A stretch of DNA of 64,000 nucleotides, taken from positions 32,001 to 96,000 of the forward strand of contig OY970359.1 in NCBI GenBank assembly GCA_963718665.1, given 5' to 3'. The stretch's first letter is position 1. Each line of letters opens with the position of its first letter. This DNA is from an uncultured Phycisphaerales bacterium (GTDB taxonomy: Bacteria; Planctomycetota; Phycisphaerae; Sedimentisphaerales; Anaerobacaceae). The translations under genes were made by a program, and so were the position numbers. This document shows positions 51,194-60,716 of this stretch, piece by piece. Below the pieces are notes generated by a model. The model ran no database searches and had not been told where the DNA came from. It saw nothing but the letters and a program-made list of their open reading frames with translations.

Positions 51194-52234
51194 ATGATGG
51201 TAACTGCAATGGGCAATATGGACACAGGCGGAATCCTGCTGATAGGTAATCCGGCATCAGTGGTTTTGGGAGGCATTCCAGCCGACAAGCCCGCGATTCA
51301 GGTCTGCGGCAATATACACGACGGCATTGAAACCGCGAGAAAAACCCGTTTCGCCGCAATCGCCGTGGTAATGAAAGGCACAGCGGCCAATTTGCGAGAT
51401 GGCCTCGCCCTGCTTCGGGAAAACACCACTGCGAAAATCCTTCTGCTTGCGCGGATGCATGAGGAGCCGGAAGCAATAAAACTTGTAGGCAGCAATGGAA
51501 CATCGCTTGCTGATGATTATCTCATTTGCCCGATTCAAACAGAGCGGCTTTACAATATCGTATGTCGCGGCCCGCTTATGGCTGTGGCCGGAAAAGAACC
51601 GACCGTTACCGACGCGATGCTTCTGGCAAAGATAAGCCGGCTCGAAAAACTGGCGACCGAGGACGATTTGACGGGCCTGAAAAACAGGAGATACCTGTGG
51701 GAATTCGCAAAACAGGTAATCGCCCGTGCAAAACAAGATAACGGGCGTGTAACCGTGCTCGTATTCGATATAGACGACTTCAAACATTATAACGACGTTT
51801 ACGGCCATGCGGCGGGCGATGAGGTGCTAAAGCAGGCGTCGCTTTTAATGAGGCGATGCTGCCGAAGGCACGACATGGTGGCAAGATTGGGCGGCGATGA
51901 GTTCGCGGTGGTATTCTGGGACGACCCGCAAAACCCCCAGCCGACAGATGGCGGCGAAAGACGTTCATTCACCGCAGACCATCCGGGAGAAGTGATATTC
52001 ATCGCAAAACGATTCCGCAGAGAAATTGAAAAGACCAACCTTCGGTTTTTAGGCCCGGACGGCAGAGGTGTGCTGACGATAAGCGGAGGGCTTGCAAGCT
52101 TAAACAGAGACGGCTCAACAACCGAAGAGCTTTTCTCAAAGGCAGACCAGGCGCTTCTCGAAGCAAAACGTAGCGGCAAAAACAGGATTTACCTCGTGGG
52201 CCAGCCCGAAAACGACATCGATAAAATCAAATAA
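51194..52234 (+). CDS. Diguanylate cyclase with a degenerate receiver-like N-terminus
   Basis: DDLTGLKNRR, DIDDFK.YND.YGH, RxxD I-site (RRHD), GGDEF. Confidence 0.92.
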   Translation: MMVTAMGNMDTGGILLIGNPASVVLGGIPADKPAIQVCGNIHDGIETARKTRFAAIAVVMKGTAANLRDGLALLRENTTAKILLLARMHEEPEAIKLVGSNGTSLADDYLICPIQTERLYNIVCRGPLMAVAGKEPTVTDAMLLAKISRLEKLATEDDLTGLKNRRYLWEFAKQVIARAKQDNGRVTVLVFDIDDFKHYNDVYGHAAGDEVLKQASLLMRRCCRRHDMVARLGGDEFAVVFWDDPQNPQPTDGGERRSFTADHPGEVIFIAKRFRREIEKTNLRFLGPDGRGVLTISGGLASLNRDGSTTEELFSKADQALLEAKRSGKNRIYLVGQPENDIDKIK

Positions 52235-52239
52235 CCGCC

Positions 52240-53451
52240 CTACGTTCCCAGAACAATCGTCTCAGTTTTACTGATGAGTTTGTACCGAATACCTCGCCAG
52301 CGAATCGTCCTGCCAAAGACCGAGGACAATATCAAAACAAGCATAAGCAGCGACCAGAGCCAGAACAGCGTAATATCGGCTATTGCCGCGATTTTTAACC
52401 TGGGCCAGTCCTCCGCGAGCAGTTTACTTGCCATACTTTGCCTGAGTATCGCCCTTGTGAATTGCACGATAAAAAACAGAACCGGCACCGCGGTAAAAAG
52501 CCAAATGTACTGATTCTGTGTGATTCCGGCGTAAATCGCCAAAGCGGCCCCGCCCCAAAGCCCAAAAACGGAATATACCGCGCTGAACAAACCAAATGAC
52601 CACGTCTGCGGCGCGTAAACTTTCGTGATAACGAACTGCCTGCGAGCAAATTCGAATAATTTTGCCCAAGTGGTCGATTCTGAGGTGGCCACAAGACAGC
52701 CGGGGACAAACTCGACTTTTTTATGAGCGTCTTTCACGGCGCAACTCAGCGAATAATCATCGCTTACGGCCTTTTGCCAGAGCTTTTCAATACCCAATTC
52801 TCTGAAGGTCTGCACCTGAATCGCCATTGACCCGCCCCAGGCGTGATTGAAAGGCGTGTTGCCCATAAGCTGGGCAATCTTGGCATTTACGGCTGATAAG
52901 GCAAGCGTGGCAAGGTTGCCTGTCCTGGGAACAAACCATCGATAGCCGGTTGCCGCCCCTTTTGATTCAGGATGCCGAAGAGGATAGACCAGATGATGCA
53001 GCCAGGTCGGCTTGACGCAGATATCCGAATCCGCAAAGGCCAGCGTCTCAATATCTTTAGGAATCCGGCAATAAGCATACAGAAGATTATGGATTTTCTG
53101 GCTGCACTCCTGCCCAACCCCGGAAACAAGCACCTGAACGTCGCCAGCGCTTGTGCTGGGGGCCAATTTATCCTTTAACCTGCACAATTGCCCGTATGCG
53201 GGGTCGGCCTTATCCTCTACTACAAACCACAACAGGTAATTTTCGTAATCCTGCCTGTAAAACGAGACAATGTTCTGCTCAAAATTCTCATCGAGGTTTT
53301 TGCAGGGTATTATTAGCGCAACACAAGGCGCATAACGCTTGTGCTTCTTATTGTACTTGGCCAGCGCGAAAAAATAATTTTTCAACGTCAGCGTTGAAAA
53401 AAGCAACTGCGAAATTATTAATACCCCGGCAATATAAACATACCAGCCCAT
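52240..53451 (-). CDS. GT2-type glycosyltransferase (ceramide glucosyltransferase-like)
   Basis: IIPCK, QKIHNL, FADSD, WGGSM, SDD, RRQ, WRGIRY; TM segments. Confidence 0.85.
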   Translation of the reverse strand: MGWYVYIAGVLIISQLLFSTLTLKNYFFALAKYNKKHKRYAPCVALIIPCKNLDENFEQNIVSFYRQDYENYLLWFVVEDKADPAYGQLCRLKDKLAPSTSAGDVQVLVSGVGQECSQKIHNLLYAYCRIPKDIETLAFADSDICVKPTWLHHLVYPLRHPESKGAATGYRWFVPRTGNLATLALSAVNAKIAQLMGNTPFNHAWGGSMAIQVQTFRELGIEKLWQKAVSDDYSLSCAVKDAHKKVEFVPGCLVATSESTTWAKLFEFARRQFVITKVYAPQTWSFGLFSAVYSVFGLWGGAALAIYAGITQNQYIWLFTAVPVLFFIVQFTRAILRQSMASKLLAEDWPRLKIAAIADITLFWLWSLLMLVLILSSVFGRTIRWRGIRYKLISKTETIVLGT

Positions 53452-53581
53452 ATCGCCAAATTATCATTTATCAACCATCATTTAGCAATCTCCGTGTCTC
53501 TTTTTTTTGATTATCGATGATTGTCATTTATCCCTTGACTGGAATCGTAAATTGTAAATAATACTCTGATAAATGTCGTAT

Positions 53582-53664
53582 GGGTCGGTGCCCGAGCGGC
53601 TAAAGGGAGCGGACTGTAAATCCGCTGGCGAAAGTCTACGGAGGTTCGAATCCTCCCCGGCCCA
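53582..53664 (+). tRNA. tRNA-Tyr(GTA)
   Basis: Acceptor stem GGGTCGG/CCGGCCC, anticodon arm gcgga-ctGTAaa-tccgc, long variable arm, GTTCGAATC; CCA not encoded. Confidence 0.96.
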
Positions 53665-53763
53665 TTTCCCTTTCGTATTTAGCCATATTTACATTCAATT
53701 GCTATCCTGCGTCTCAAAAGCCATAAATTGACAATGCCCCCCAAATAAGGTAGAAGACATGCT

Positions 53764-54549
53764 ATGAACCTGATAGCTATAGATATAGGCAATACCAATA
53801 TTGGCGTTGGGCTGTTTCTCAATGATGAGGAACAGTCCGTAAAGTCGGTACCCGGCGAAGCAAAAGCCGAACTGACCGAACTGCTCAAATCGACCTGGGA
53901 AATGATACCCGTTGCCAAACGCTCCAAAGAAGGCAAACGTGAAGGCGTAATCGTCATAAGTTCCGTCAAACCCGTCTGGACGCAGGTCGTGCGCGACATC
54001 GCAAAACAAACCCTCGGTGAGAATATACTGCTTGTGGGCAGTGAAATCCCCTTCCCAATCGAGCTATCGATAGCAGAACCGGATAAAGTGGGAACTGACC
54101 GGGCTTTGGCGGCCTCGGCTGCTTACGCGGTCGCGGAACACGCGGTTGCGGTCGCGGATTTCGGCACAGCCGTAACAATTGACCTCGTCGATGACCGCGG
54201 CGTATTCTGCGGCGGGGTAATCTTTCCCGGCTTTGAAATGAGCGCAAACGCCCTGCACAATGATACCGCTCAACTGCCGAAAGTAACGGTAACAAAGCCG
54301 CAATGGCCCTTCGGCAAAAATACCGTCGAGGCAATCAACGCAGGCCTGTATTATTCAGCTATCAGCTCATTACAGGAAATTGTCAGGCGATACGCCGAAA
54401 CAATTGGAACCTGGCCGCAACTGGTAATCACCGGCTCTGGCGCAAAACTTATTAAAGATGACTGCGACTTCGTTGATAACTACGTGCCAAATTTAGTCAT
54501 CAAAGGTATCGCCCTGGCCTACAACAAATATGTCGAATCGAAGGAGTAA
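53764..54549 (+). CDS. coaX: Type III pantothenate kinase
   Basis: IDIGNT, SSV, GTDR, DFGTA.T.D, GG.I.PG, NT..AI. Confidence 0.93.
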   Translation: MNLIAIDIGNTNIGVGLFLNDEEQSVKSVPGEAKAELTELLKSTWEMIPVAKRSKEGKREGVIVISSVKPVWTQVVRDIAKQTLGENILLVGSEIPFPIELSIAEPDKVGTDRALAASAAYAVAEHAVAVADFGTAVTIDLVDDRGVFCGGVIFPGFEMSANALHNDTAQLPKVTVTKPQWPFGKNTVEAINAGLYYSAISSLQEIVRRYAETIGTWPQLVITGSGAKLIKDDCDFVDNYVPNLVIKGIALAYNKYVESKE

Positions 54550-54560
54550 TCAACTCTCCT

Positions 54561-55730
54561 ATGTCTGTCTTCGCAGCGGTAATGACCGGCAAGGGAACAG
54601 GGGCTATCGCCACGATACAGCTTTGTGGCGATTCGGCGGTGGATATTTTGAAGCAGATATTCTCCTCTCAAACCCAAAAACCTGTTGAATTCACAACGGG
54701 CAACATTTTGTTAGGCATTATCAAATCAGGCGATAAAACAATCGACCAGGTAACCATCGGCTGCGAAAGCAATAACTCATACGCCATTAACTGCCATGGC
54801 AATCCGCTCATCGTCGAAGAAATTATGCAATTGCTCCGCCAATATGGCGTCGAATTACTGACCGCTAAACAATTGTTTTGCAAAACCTCAGCAAATAACA
54901 ACACAATAGCACTCGAAGCCAAATTGATGTTGCCAAAGGTTAAAACGCTCGAAGGCACGCGAATTATCCTCAATCAAATCGATTCCGGCCTTCCGGCCTC
55001 GGCAAAAAAATGGCTACAAAACCCGCCTGAAAATATCGCTGCTGAAGCACAAGAAATCATCGACAAAAGCAAAATCGCCAAACTCATCATTTCCGGCTGT
55101 TCGATTGTCCTCGCAGGCCCGCCCAACACGGGCAAAAGCACACTGCTCAATCAGCTCTGCGGAAAACAAAAAGTGATTGTAGCGGACATCAAAGGCACAA
55201 CTCGCGACTGGGTCTCGGCAAATTGCCAAATCGGCTCATTAGCCATTGAACTGATTGATACTGCCGGGCTGGATGATAAATTCGCGGACGACATTGACAA
55301 AGCTGCTCAACAAACGGCAACAGAACTCATAAATCAGGCGGATATCGTCTTATTGGTCCTCGATAACAGCGAGCCGGCCAACCAAATCGATAAATCCTTC
55401 ACAAATATACTGACCAATAAAAAAGTCCTGGTCGTCCTTAACAAATCAGACCTGCCCTTCGTTTCGCAGCGTGGCAGGGAACTGCCCTGCTTATTGGAAA
55501 CAGGCAATACGCCAAACGTAGTTAGTATCAGCGCAAAACTCGGATCGGGAATCGACTACCTTTGCGACGAGATTCAGCAATTAGCCGGCGTTGAAAATTT
55601 TGACCCTAATCAGCCGATTTGCTTCACCCCCCGCCAGGAGCAACTTCTGGCTAAACTTACAAAAAACAAATCAAAAGACGCCGCACACACACTCATTACA
55701 GAGTTGTTAAGTGGTCCGCTGAATGTATAA
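54561..55730 (+). CDS. MnmE/TrmE-like GTPase, short form lacking the C-terminal FCIGK
   Basis: T..G.GAIA.I, NCHG, GPPNTGKS, GTTRD, DTAG, NKSD, SAK. Confidence 0.8.
   Translation: MSVFAAVMTGKGTGAIATIQLCGDSAVDILKQIFSSQTQKPVEFTTGNILLGIIKSGDKTIDQVTIGCESNNSYAINCHGNPLIVEEIMQLLRQYGVELLTAKQLFCKTSANNNTIALEAKLMLPKVKTLEGTRIILNQIDSGLPASAKKWLQNPPENIAAEAQEIIDKSKIAKLIISGCSIVLAGPPNTGKSTLLNQLCGKQKVIVADIKGTTRDWVSANCQIGSLAIELIDTAGLDDKFADDIDKAAQQTATELINQADIVLLVLDNSEPANQIDKSFTNILTNKKVLVVLNKSDLPFVSQRGRELPCLLETGNTPNVVSISAKLGSGIDYLCDEIQQLAGVENFDPNQPICFTPRQEQLLAKLTKNKSKDAAHTLITELLSGPLNV
55451..55488. repeat. 30-bp palindromic insert in frame in the MnmE-like gene
   Basis: cctgcc...ggcagg hairpin; direct repeat ctgccct at 55452 and 55482. 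Confidence 0.5.
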
Positions 55731-55739
55731 TCAGCCGAT

Positions 55740-58373
55740 ATGACCACCAGCAGCGACAATTTGACGCCGGCGATGAGGCAGTTTCATCAGTTCAAGCAGA
55801 AGTACCCGGACTGCATACTCTTTTTCCGGATGGGCGACTTCTACGAAACCTTCTACGAGGACGCCAAAACCTGCTCTAAAGTCCTGGGACTGACGTTAAC
55901 CAGCAGGGATAAGGGCAGTGATAACCCCGTTCCGCTGGCGGGCGTTCCCTGGCACGCCGTCGATGGCTATCTTAGAAAAATGCTTCAGGCGGGCTACAAA
56001 GTTGCCGTATGCGAGCAGATTGAAGACCCCAAAACCGCAAAGGGCTTAGTCAAACGCGACGTGGTTCGGGTTGTTACACCCGGAACACTGACCGATGACA
56101 TCCTGCTGGAAGCGAAACAGGATAATTTTTTAGCGGCGGTCTGGCAGACAAATTCGGCCTCGGCGATAAGCTGGGTCGATATCTCAACCGGGCATTTTTT
56201 CGCCCAGCAGCTTGGCGAAGACGAATTGCTCGATGAAATAGTGCGATTGTCCCCTGCCGAGTGCCTCCTGCCCGACAGGCGAGGCGAGTTATTCGAGGCA
56301 CAGGCGAAAAAATTAGCAAAAGGTATCAGCGAACTGACCGGCGCAACGGTTACACAAAGGCCAAGCTGGTATTTCGACCCCTATCAGGCAAAACAACGGC
56401 TGCTGAAACACTTCGGAACAGTAACATTAGAAGGTTTCGGAATCAACGATTCCGATGGTGCGGTCATTCCCCCGGCCGGTGCGTTAATCGAATATCTTAA
56501 CGAAACGCAAAAGACCGCGCTGGCGCATATCTCAAACATCAAAAAAATCAGCCGGAAAAAATTCCTGCACATCGATTACACCTCGCTCCAGAGTTTGGAG
56601 GTCCTGCGCACAATTCGCACCGAGGGCACGAAGGGGACATTGCTCGATTGCCTCGATTCGACACTTACGCCGATGGGGGGCAGGATGTTTCGCAACTGGC
56701 TTTGCAGGCCATTGTGCGAGTTATCGGCTATTGAATTACGCCAGGACGCCGTAGCAGAATTGAAAGACAGCGACAACCAACTGGTTGAAGTCCGCAAACT
56801 GCTTGGCGATATCGCCGACCCCGAGCGAATCGCCGCACGCATCGCTACCGCGAGGGCATTGCCGCGAGACCTCGTCGCTTTAGCCCGCACCTTGCGACAA
56901 ATACCCAAACTGCGCCAAACTCTGGGTCAATTCAGCGCCAAACTGCTCCGTGATTTGACGGGCCGATGCGACAGTATGGATGAGTTGGCCGATTTGCTCG
57001 ATTCCGCAATCGAGCCAAATTGCCCGCTGCGCCTGACCGACAGCGGCGTCATTCGCACAGGGTTCAATAAGGAACTCGACGAATTGCGCTCAATATCACG
57101 CAATGGCCAAACCTGGCTCCAACAATACCAGAAACAGCAAATCGAACGAACCGGCATCGACAAGCTCAAAGTCGGCTTTAACCAGGTCTTTGGCTACTAC
57201 ATCGAAATCAGCAGGTTAAACGCCGACAAAGTCCCCGCCGATTACGTCCGCAAGCAGACAATTACCAACGCCGAAAGATATATCACCGATGAATTGAAAA
57301 AATATGAGACCCGGGCCCTCGGCGCAGAAGAAAAAGCCCTCGCTATCGAGCAAAAGCTTTTCGAAGAGGTTCGAATTCAATCTGCCCAATATATCCCCCG
57401 CCTTCAGGAACTGGCGGACACAGTCTCGCAATGCGACTGCCTCGCAGCCCTCGCCTATATCGCCAATCGTCGCGGCTACATCAGGCCCAAATTGACAACC
57501 GATAACGACCTTCTCATTCAGAACGGCAAACACCCCGTCCTCGCTGAAATGCTCGGCGCGGAATTTGTCCCCAACGATATCTCGCTCGGCAATCAGTCGG
57601 GTGATGTAATGATAATCACAGGCCCCAATATGAGCGGCAAAAGCACCTACATAAGACAAACCGCCCTGCTCGTCCTTATGGCTCAGGTCGGCTCATTCAT
57701 CCCCGCTAAAGAGGCAACCATAGGCCTTGTTGACTGCATCTTCACCCGCGTCGGCGCATCCGACGAACTAATCCGCGGCCAATCAACCTTTATGGTCGAA
57801 ATGACTGAAACCGCCAATATCATTAATAACGCTACTTCAAAATCCTTAGTCGTCCTCGACGAAGTCGGCAGAGGCACAAGCACCTACGATGGCCTCGCCC
57901 TCGCCTGGGCAATCACCGAGCACATCGCCGGCAAAATCAAATGCCGAACGCTCTTCGCCACGCACTACCACGAATTGACCGAACTCTCGGAATTGTTTGC
58001 AAATATCAAAAATTGCAACGTAGCTGTGCGTGAATGGATGGATGAGGTGGTTTTCCTTCACAAGATTTTGCCTGGCGGCACCGATAAATCCTATGGCATT
58101 CATGTCGCGAAATTAGCAGGCATCCCAAGACCGATTCTCGAACGCTCTAAAGAAATCCTGGCTGAACTCGAAACCACCTTCCAGAAAGAGGCCGCCGGCT
58201 CACACCTTGCCAAAAACAAAACCAAGAAGCCCGATGCCGATACTCTCTTCGTCCAGAAGCACAAGAGCATCTTAGATAAACTCGCCTCTGTCGATGTAAA
58301 TAACCTCACGCCTATCGAAGCAATGAATCTGCTCAATCAAATCAAGAATGATATGAAGCCCGGCCAAGCTTAA
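55740..58373 (+). CDS. mutS: DNA mismatch repair protein MutS
   Basis: FFRMGDFYE, GPNMSGKST, STFMVEM, DEVGRGT, ATHYHEL. Confidence 0.98.
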   Translation: MTTSSDNLTPAMRQFHQFKQKYPDCILFFRMGDFYETFYEDAKTCSKVLGLTLTSRDKGSDNPVPLAGVPWHAVDGYLRKMLQAGYKVAVCEQIEDPKTAKGLVKRDVVRVVTPGTLTDDILLEAKQDNFLAAVWQTNSASAISWVDISTGHFFAQQLGEDELLDEIVRLSPAECLLPDRRGELFEAQAKKLAKGISELTGATVTQRPSWYFDPYQAKQRLLKHFGTVTLEGFGINDSDGAVIPPAGALIEYLNETQKTALAHISNIKKISRKKFLHIDYTSLQSLEVLRTIRTEGTKGTLLDCLDSTLTPMGGRMFRNWLCRPLCELSAIELRQDAVAELKDSDNQLVEVRKLLGDIADPERIAARIATARALPRDLVALARTLRQIPKLRQTLGQFSAKLLRDLTGRCDSMDELADLLDSAIEPNCPLRLTDSGVIRTGFNKELDELRSISRNGQTWLQQYQKQQIERTGIDKLKVGFNQVFGYYIEISRLNADKVPADYVRKQTITNAERYITDELKKYETRALGAEEKALAIEQKLFEEVRIQSAQYIPRLQELADTVSQCDCLAALAYIANRRGYIRPKLTTDNDLLIQNGKHPVLAEMLGAEFVPNDISLGNQSGDVMIITGPNMSGKSTYIRQTALLVLMAQVGSFIPAKEATIGLVDCIFTRVGASDELIRGQSTFMVEMTETANIINNATSKSLVVLDEVGRGTSTYDGLALAWAITEHIAGKIKCRTLFATHYHELTELSELFANIKNCNVAVREWMDEVVFLHKILPGGTDKSYGIHVAKLAGIPRPILERSKEILAELETTFQKEAAGSHLAKNKTKKPDADTLFVQKHKSILDKLASVDVNNLTPIEAMNLLNQIKNDMKPGQA

Positions 58374-58378
58374 GTACA

Positions 58379-59605
58379 TTACTTCACAACCAATTTGCCC
58401 GCGAGTGCCCCCGTTGACCATGCAATTTGAAGATTATAGCCGCCGCAGGGGCCGTCAACGTCGATTGTCTCGCCCGCAAAGAATAAGCCGGGGCAAACCT
58501 CGGACTGCATCGTCGTTGGGTCGATTCCGGCTGTGCTTACGCCGCCATTGGTAACAATCGCCTCATCTATCGGCTTTGTTGCTACAATCGGGACAGGCAG
58601 CTTTTTCAGTAACTGAATCACTTTTCTTCGCTGCTCTTTTTTCAACTGGCTCGCGCTTGTTTCTGTAATTCCCGCCAAAGTGCAGATAAGCCCGCCTAAT
58701 TTTTTAGGAGCCAGCTCGAAAAGAACATTTGCGATGATTTTTTTGGAATACTGCGATAGTTGCCCCATCAAATATTCTTCTAATTGCGATTCGTTCATCG
58801 CGGGGACAAGGTCGATGGTAACTTCAATCGGCTTTTTAGCGGGCAGATAATCAACAAGCAATCGGCTCAAATCCAGAACCGCCGGCCCGCTTATTCCGTC
58901 GTGCGTAAATATCATCGGCCCGCTGACACCGATTTTCTTTTTATTCACCATCACGGATATCGTAACGTTATCTCGCGAAATTCCCGCCAGTTCAGCGCAC
59001 CATTTTTCAGTCGATACAAGCGGCACAAGCGCGGCTCTCGGCTCGATTATTGTATGCCTTAGGGATTTCGCTAATTTATAGCCGTCGCCCGTCGAGCCGG
59101 TAGCGGGGTAACTCACTCCGCCCGTGGCGATAATCACTTTGGGAGCCGACGTAATTTCACTGCCGGTGAAAACCGAGAAGCCGTCGCCTCGCTTTTCGAT
59201 TTTATCTGCCCCCCTGCCAAATATAAACTGCACGCCGAGGTTATGGCATTGACTCAACAAGGCGTCGCAAACGTCGCCTGCTCGTTCACTCACCGGGAAC
59301 ACACAACCCTGTTCATCGACCTTGGTTTCGATACCAATCTGGCTGAAAAATTCGCGTGTCATATAAGGCGAAAACTCGTGCAGACAATACCGCAGGAACC
59401 TCCCCGATTTACCGTACACCCTAACAAAATCATCGACCGTACCCGTGTGCGTGATATTACACCTGCCCCCGCCCGTCAAAAGCAGCTTCCTCCCCGGTAT
59501 CTGGTTCTTCTCTATCACGACCACCGTCGCTTTGCTTTGCGCCGCGAATATCGCCGACATCAACCCCGCCGGCCCCGCCCCGATTACACAAACGTCTGTT
59601 TTCAT
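58379..59605 (-). CDS. HI0933/BaiN family flavoprotein
   Basis: GAGPAG, GRKLLLTGGGRCN.T, TGSTGDG, GGYNLQ.AWSTG. Confidence 0.92.
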   Translation of the reverse strand: MKTDVCVIGAGPAGLMSAIFAAQSKATVVVIEKNQIPGRKLLLTGGGRCNITHTGTVDDFVRVYGKSGRFLRYCLHEFSPYMTREFFSQIGIETKVDEQGCVFPVSERAGDVCDALLSQCHNLGVQFIFGRGADKIEKRGDGFSVFTGSEITSAPKVIIATGGVSYPATGSTGDGYKLAKSLRHTIIEPRAALVPLVSTEKWCAELAGISRDNVTISVMVNKKKIGVSGPMIFTHDGISGPAVLDLSRLLVDYLPAKKPIEVTIDLVPAMNESQLEEYLMGQLSQYSKKIIANVLFELAPKKLGGLICTLAGITETSASQLKKEQRRKVIQLLKKLPVPIVATKPIDEAIVTNGGVSTAGIDPTTMQSEVCPGLFFAGETIDVDGPCGGYNLQIAWSTGALAGKLVVK

Positions 59606-59694
59606 AGTGGCTCCGAGTTTAGCTGAGCAGGCCTGTTGTGTCAAAGACCACTATTGCAATTCAGCCCGCTACACATAGGATAACAGCAAAAATT

Positions 59695-60630
59695 ATGCCC
59701 CTGAAACCAAACAATTTATGTTCAATCGCATTGTTACTGACGGCCATAACCGCAATTGCCTTTGCCAGCGATAAACCGCAGGATAAGCCCACGCTATACG
59801 TCGCGGTCAACGAACCGAATAACCGAATGGTAAAAGCCGACGAGGTAAACCTACCCTTAACCGACGGCTTGAATATTGTCATCGCGACGCACGGATGGAT
59901 TGAGAGAGAACAATGGCCGAAGAATTTGGCCTTCGATATCAGAGACAAGGTCGATTCAAACGAATGGGTCTGTGGCTGGTTCGACTGGCGAAACGAGGCA
60001 AGGGTTGTCAACCCAAGGGACGCGGCACATTTCGCACGTGAAACAGCCGGCAAAATGCTGGCGGAGCAGATTCTGAAAATATCGAACAATCCGCGGCACA
60101 TTCATTTAATCGCTCATTCCTCCGGCTGCTGGGCAATCAGCGAAGCAGCTAAAATCATTGCCCAAAAGACAAACGCGAACATTCACCTGACGTTTCTTGA
60201 CGCCTATGTCCCGCTGGGCTGGGACGCAAACTCACTTGGGGATATACCTGCTGAACCGAACAAAATTTACTGGGCTGACCATTATTTAACACAGGATATC
60301 ACTGGTAACGTTACCTATTGCCGGCTTGCCCACGCCCATAATGTTGATATAGGCGAAATCACCCCCGGCCTTAAAGACCACAGGTTCCCATTTCACTGGT
60401 ATCCCGCGACGGTCCTCGGTAAATACGACCCGAACGATAAATACGCCGGCGAAAAACTGTATTACAAATCAGGCAATCTCAAATATGGCTTTGCCCGCTC
60501 ACTCGAAGCCGGAAAAGCAAATTGGGAAGCATCATTGAAGCTCCCGACAGGTAACAACATCATAAAATTAGCAAAACCCAAAGAACCCTTCGACCCTTTC
60601 GGCTGGTTGTTCAAAAACAAATCAAACTGA
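59695..60630 (+). CDS. Secreted hypothetical protein, alpha/beta-hydrolase-like
   Basis: Signal peptide; THGW, nucleophile elbow HLIAHSSG, LTFLD. Confidence 0.65.
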   Translation: MPLKPNNLCSIALLLTAITAIAFASDKPQDKPTLYVAVNEPNNRMVKADEVNLPLTDGLNIVIATHGWIEREQWPKNLAFDIRDKVDSNEWVCGWFDWRNEARVVNPRDAAHFARETAGKMLAEQILKISNNPRHIHLIAHSSGCWAISEAAKIIAQKTNANIHLTFLDAYVPLGWDANSLGDIPAEPNKIYWADHYLTQDITGNVTYCRLAHAHNVDIGEITPGLKDHRFPFHWYPATVLGKYDPNDKYAGEKLYYKSGNLKYGFARSLEAGKANWEASLKLPTGNNIIKLAKPKEPFDPFGWLFKNKSN

Positions 60631-60716
60631 CCAACAGACATTGGCAATTAGGCAGCCACTTTGTTATAATTCTGCCTTTCTGAGATTTTTAAAATAATCG
60701 AATTACTGAGGACATT

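Noticed and set aside
53582..53700. Integrated element at tRNA-Tyr
   Set aside because: No integrase and no duplicated tRNA 3' end were seen; housekeeping coaX follows directly.
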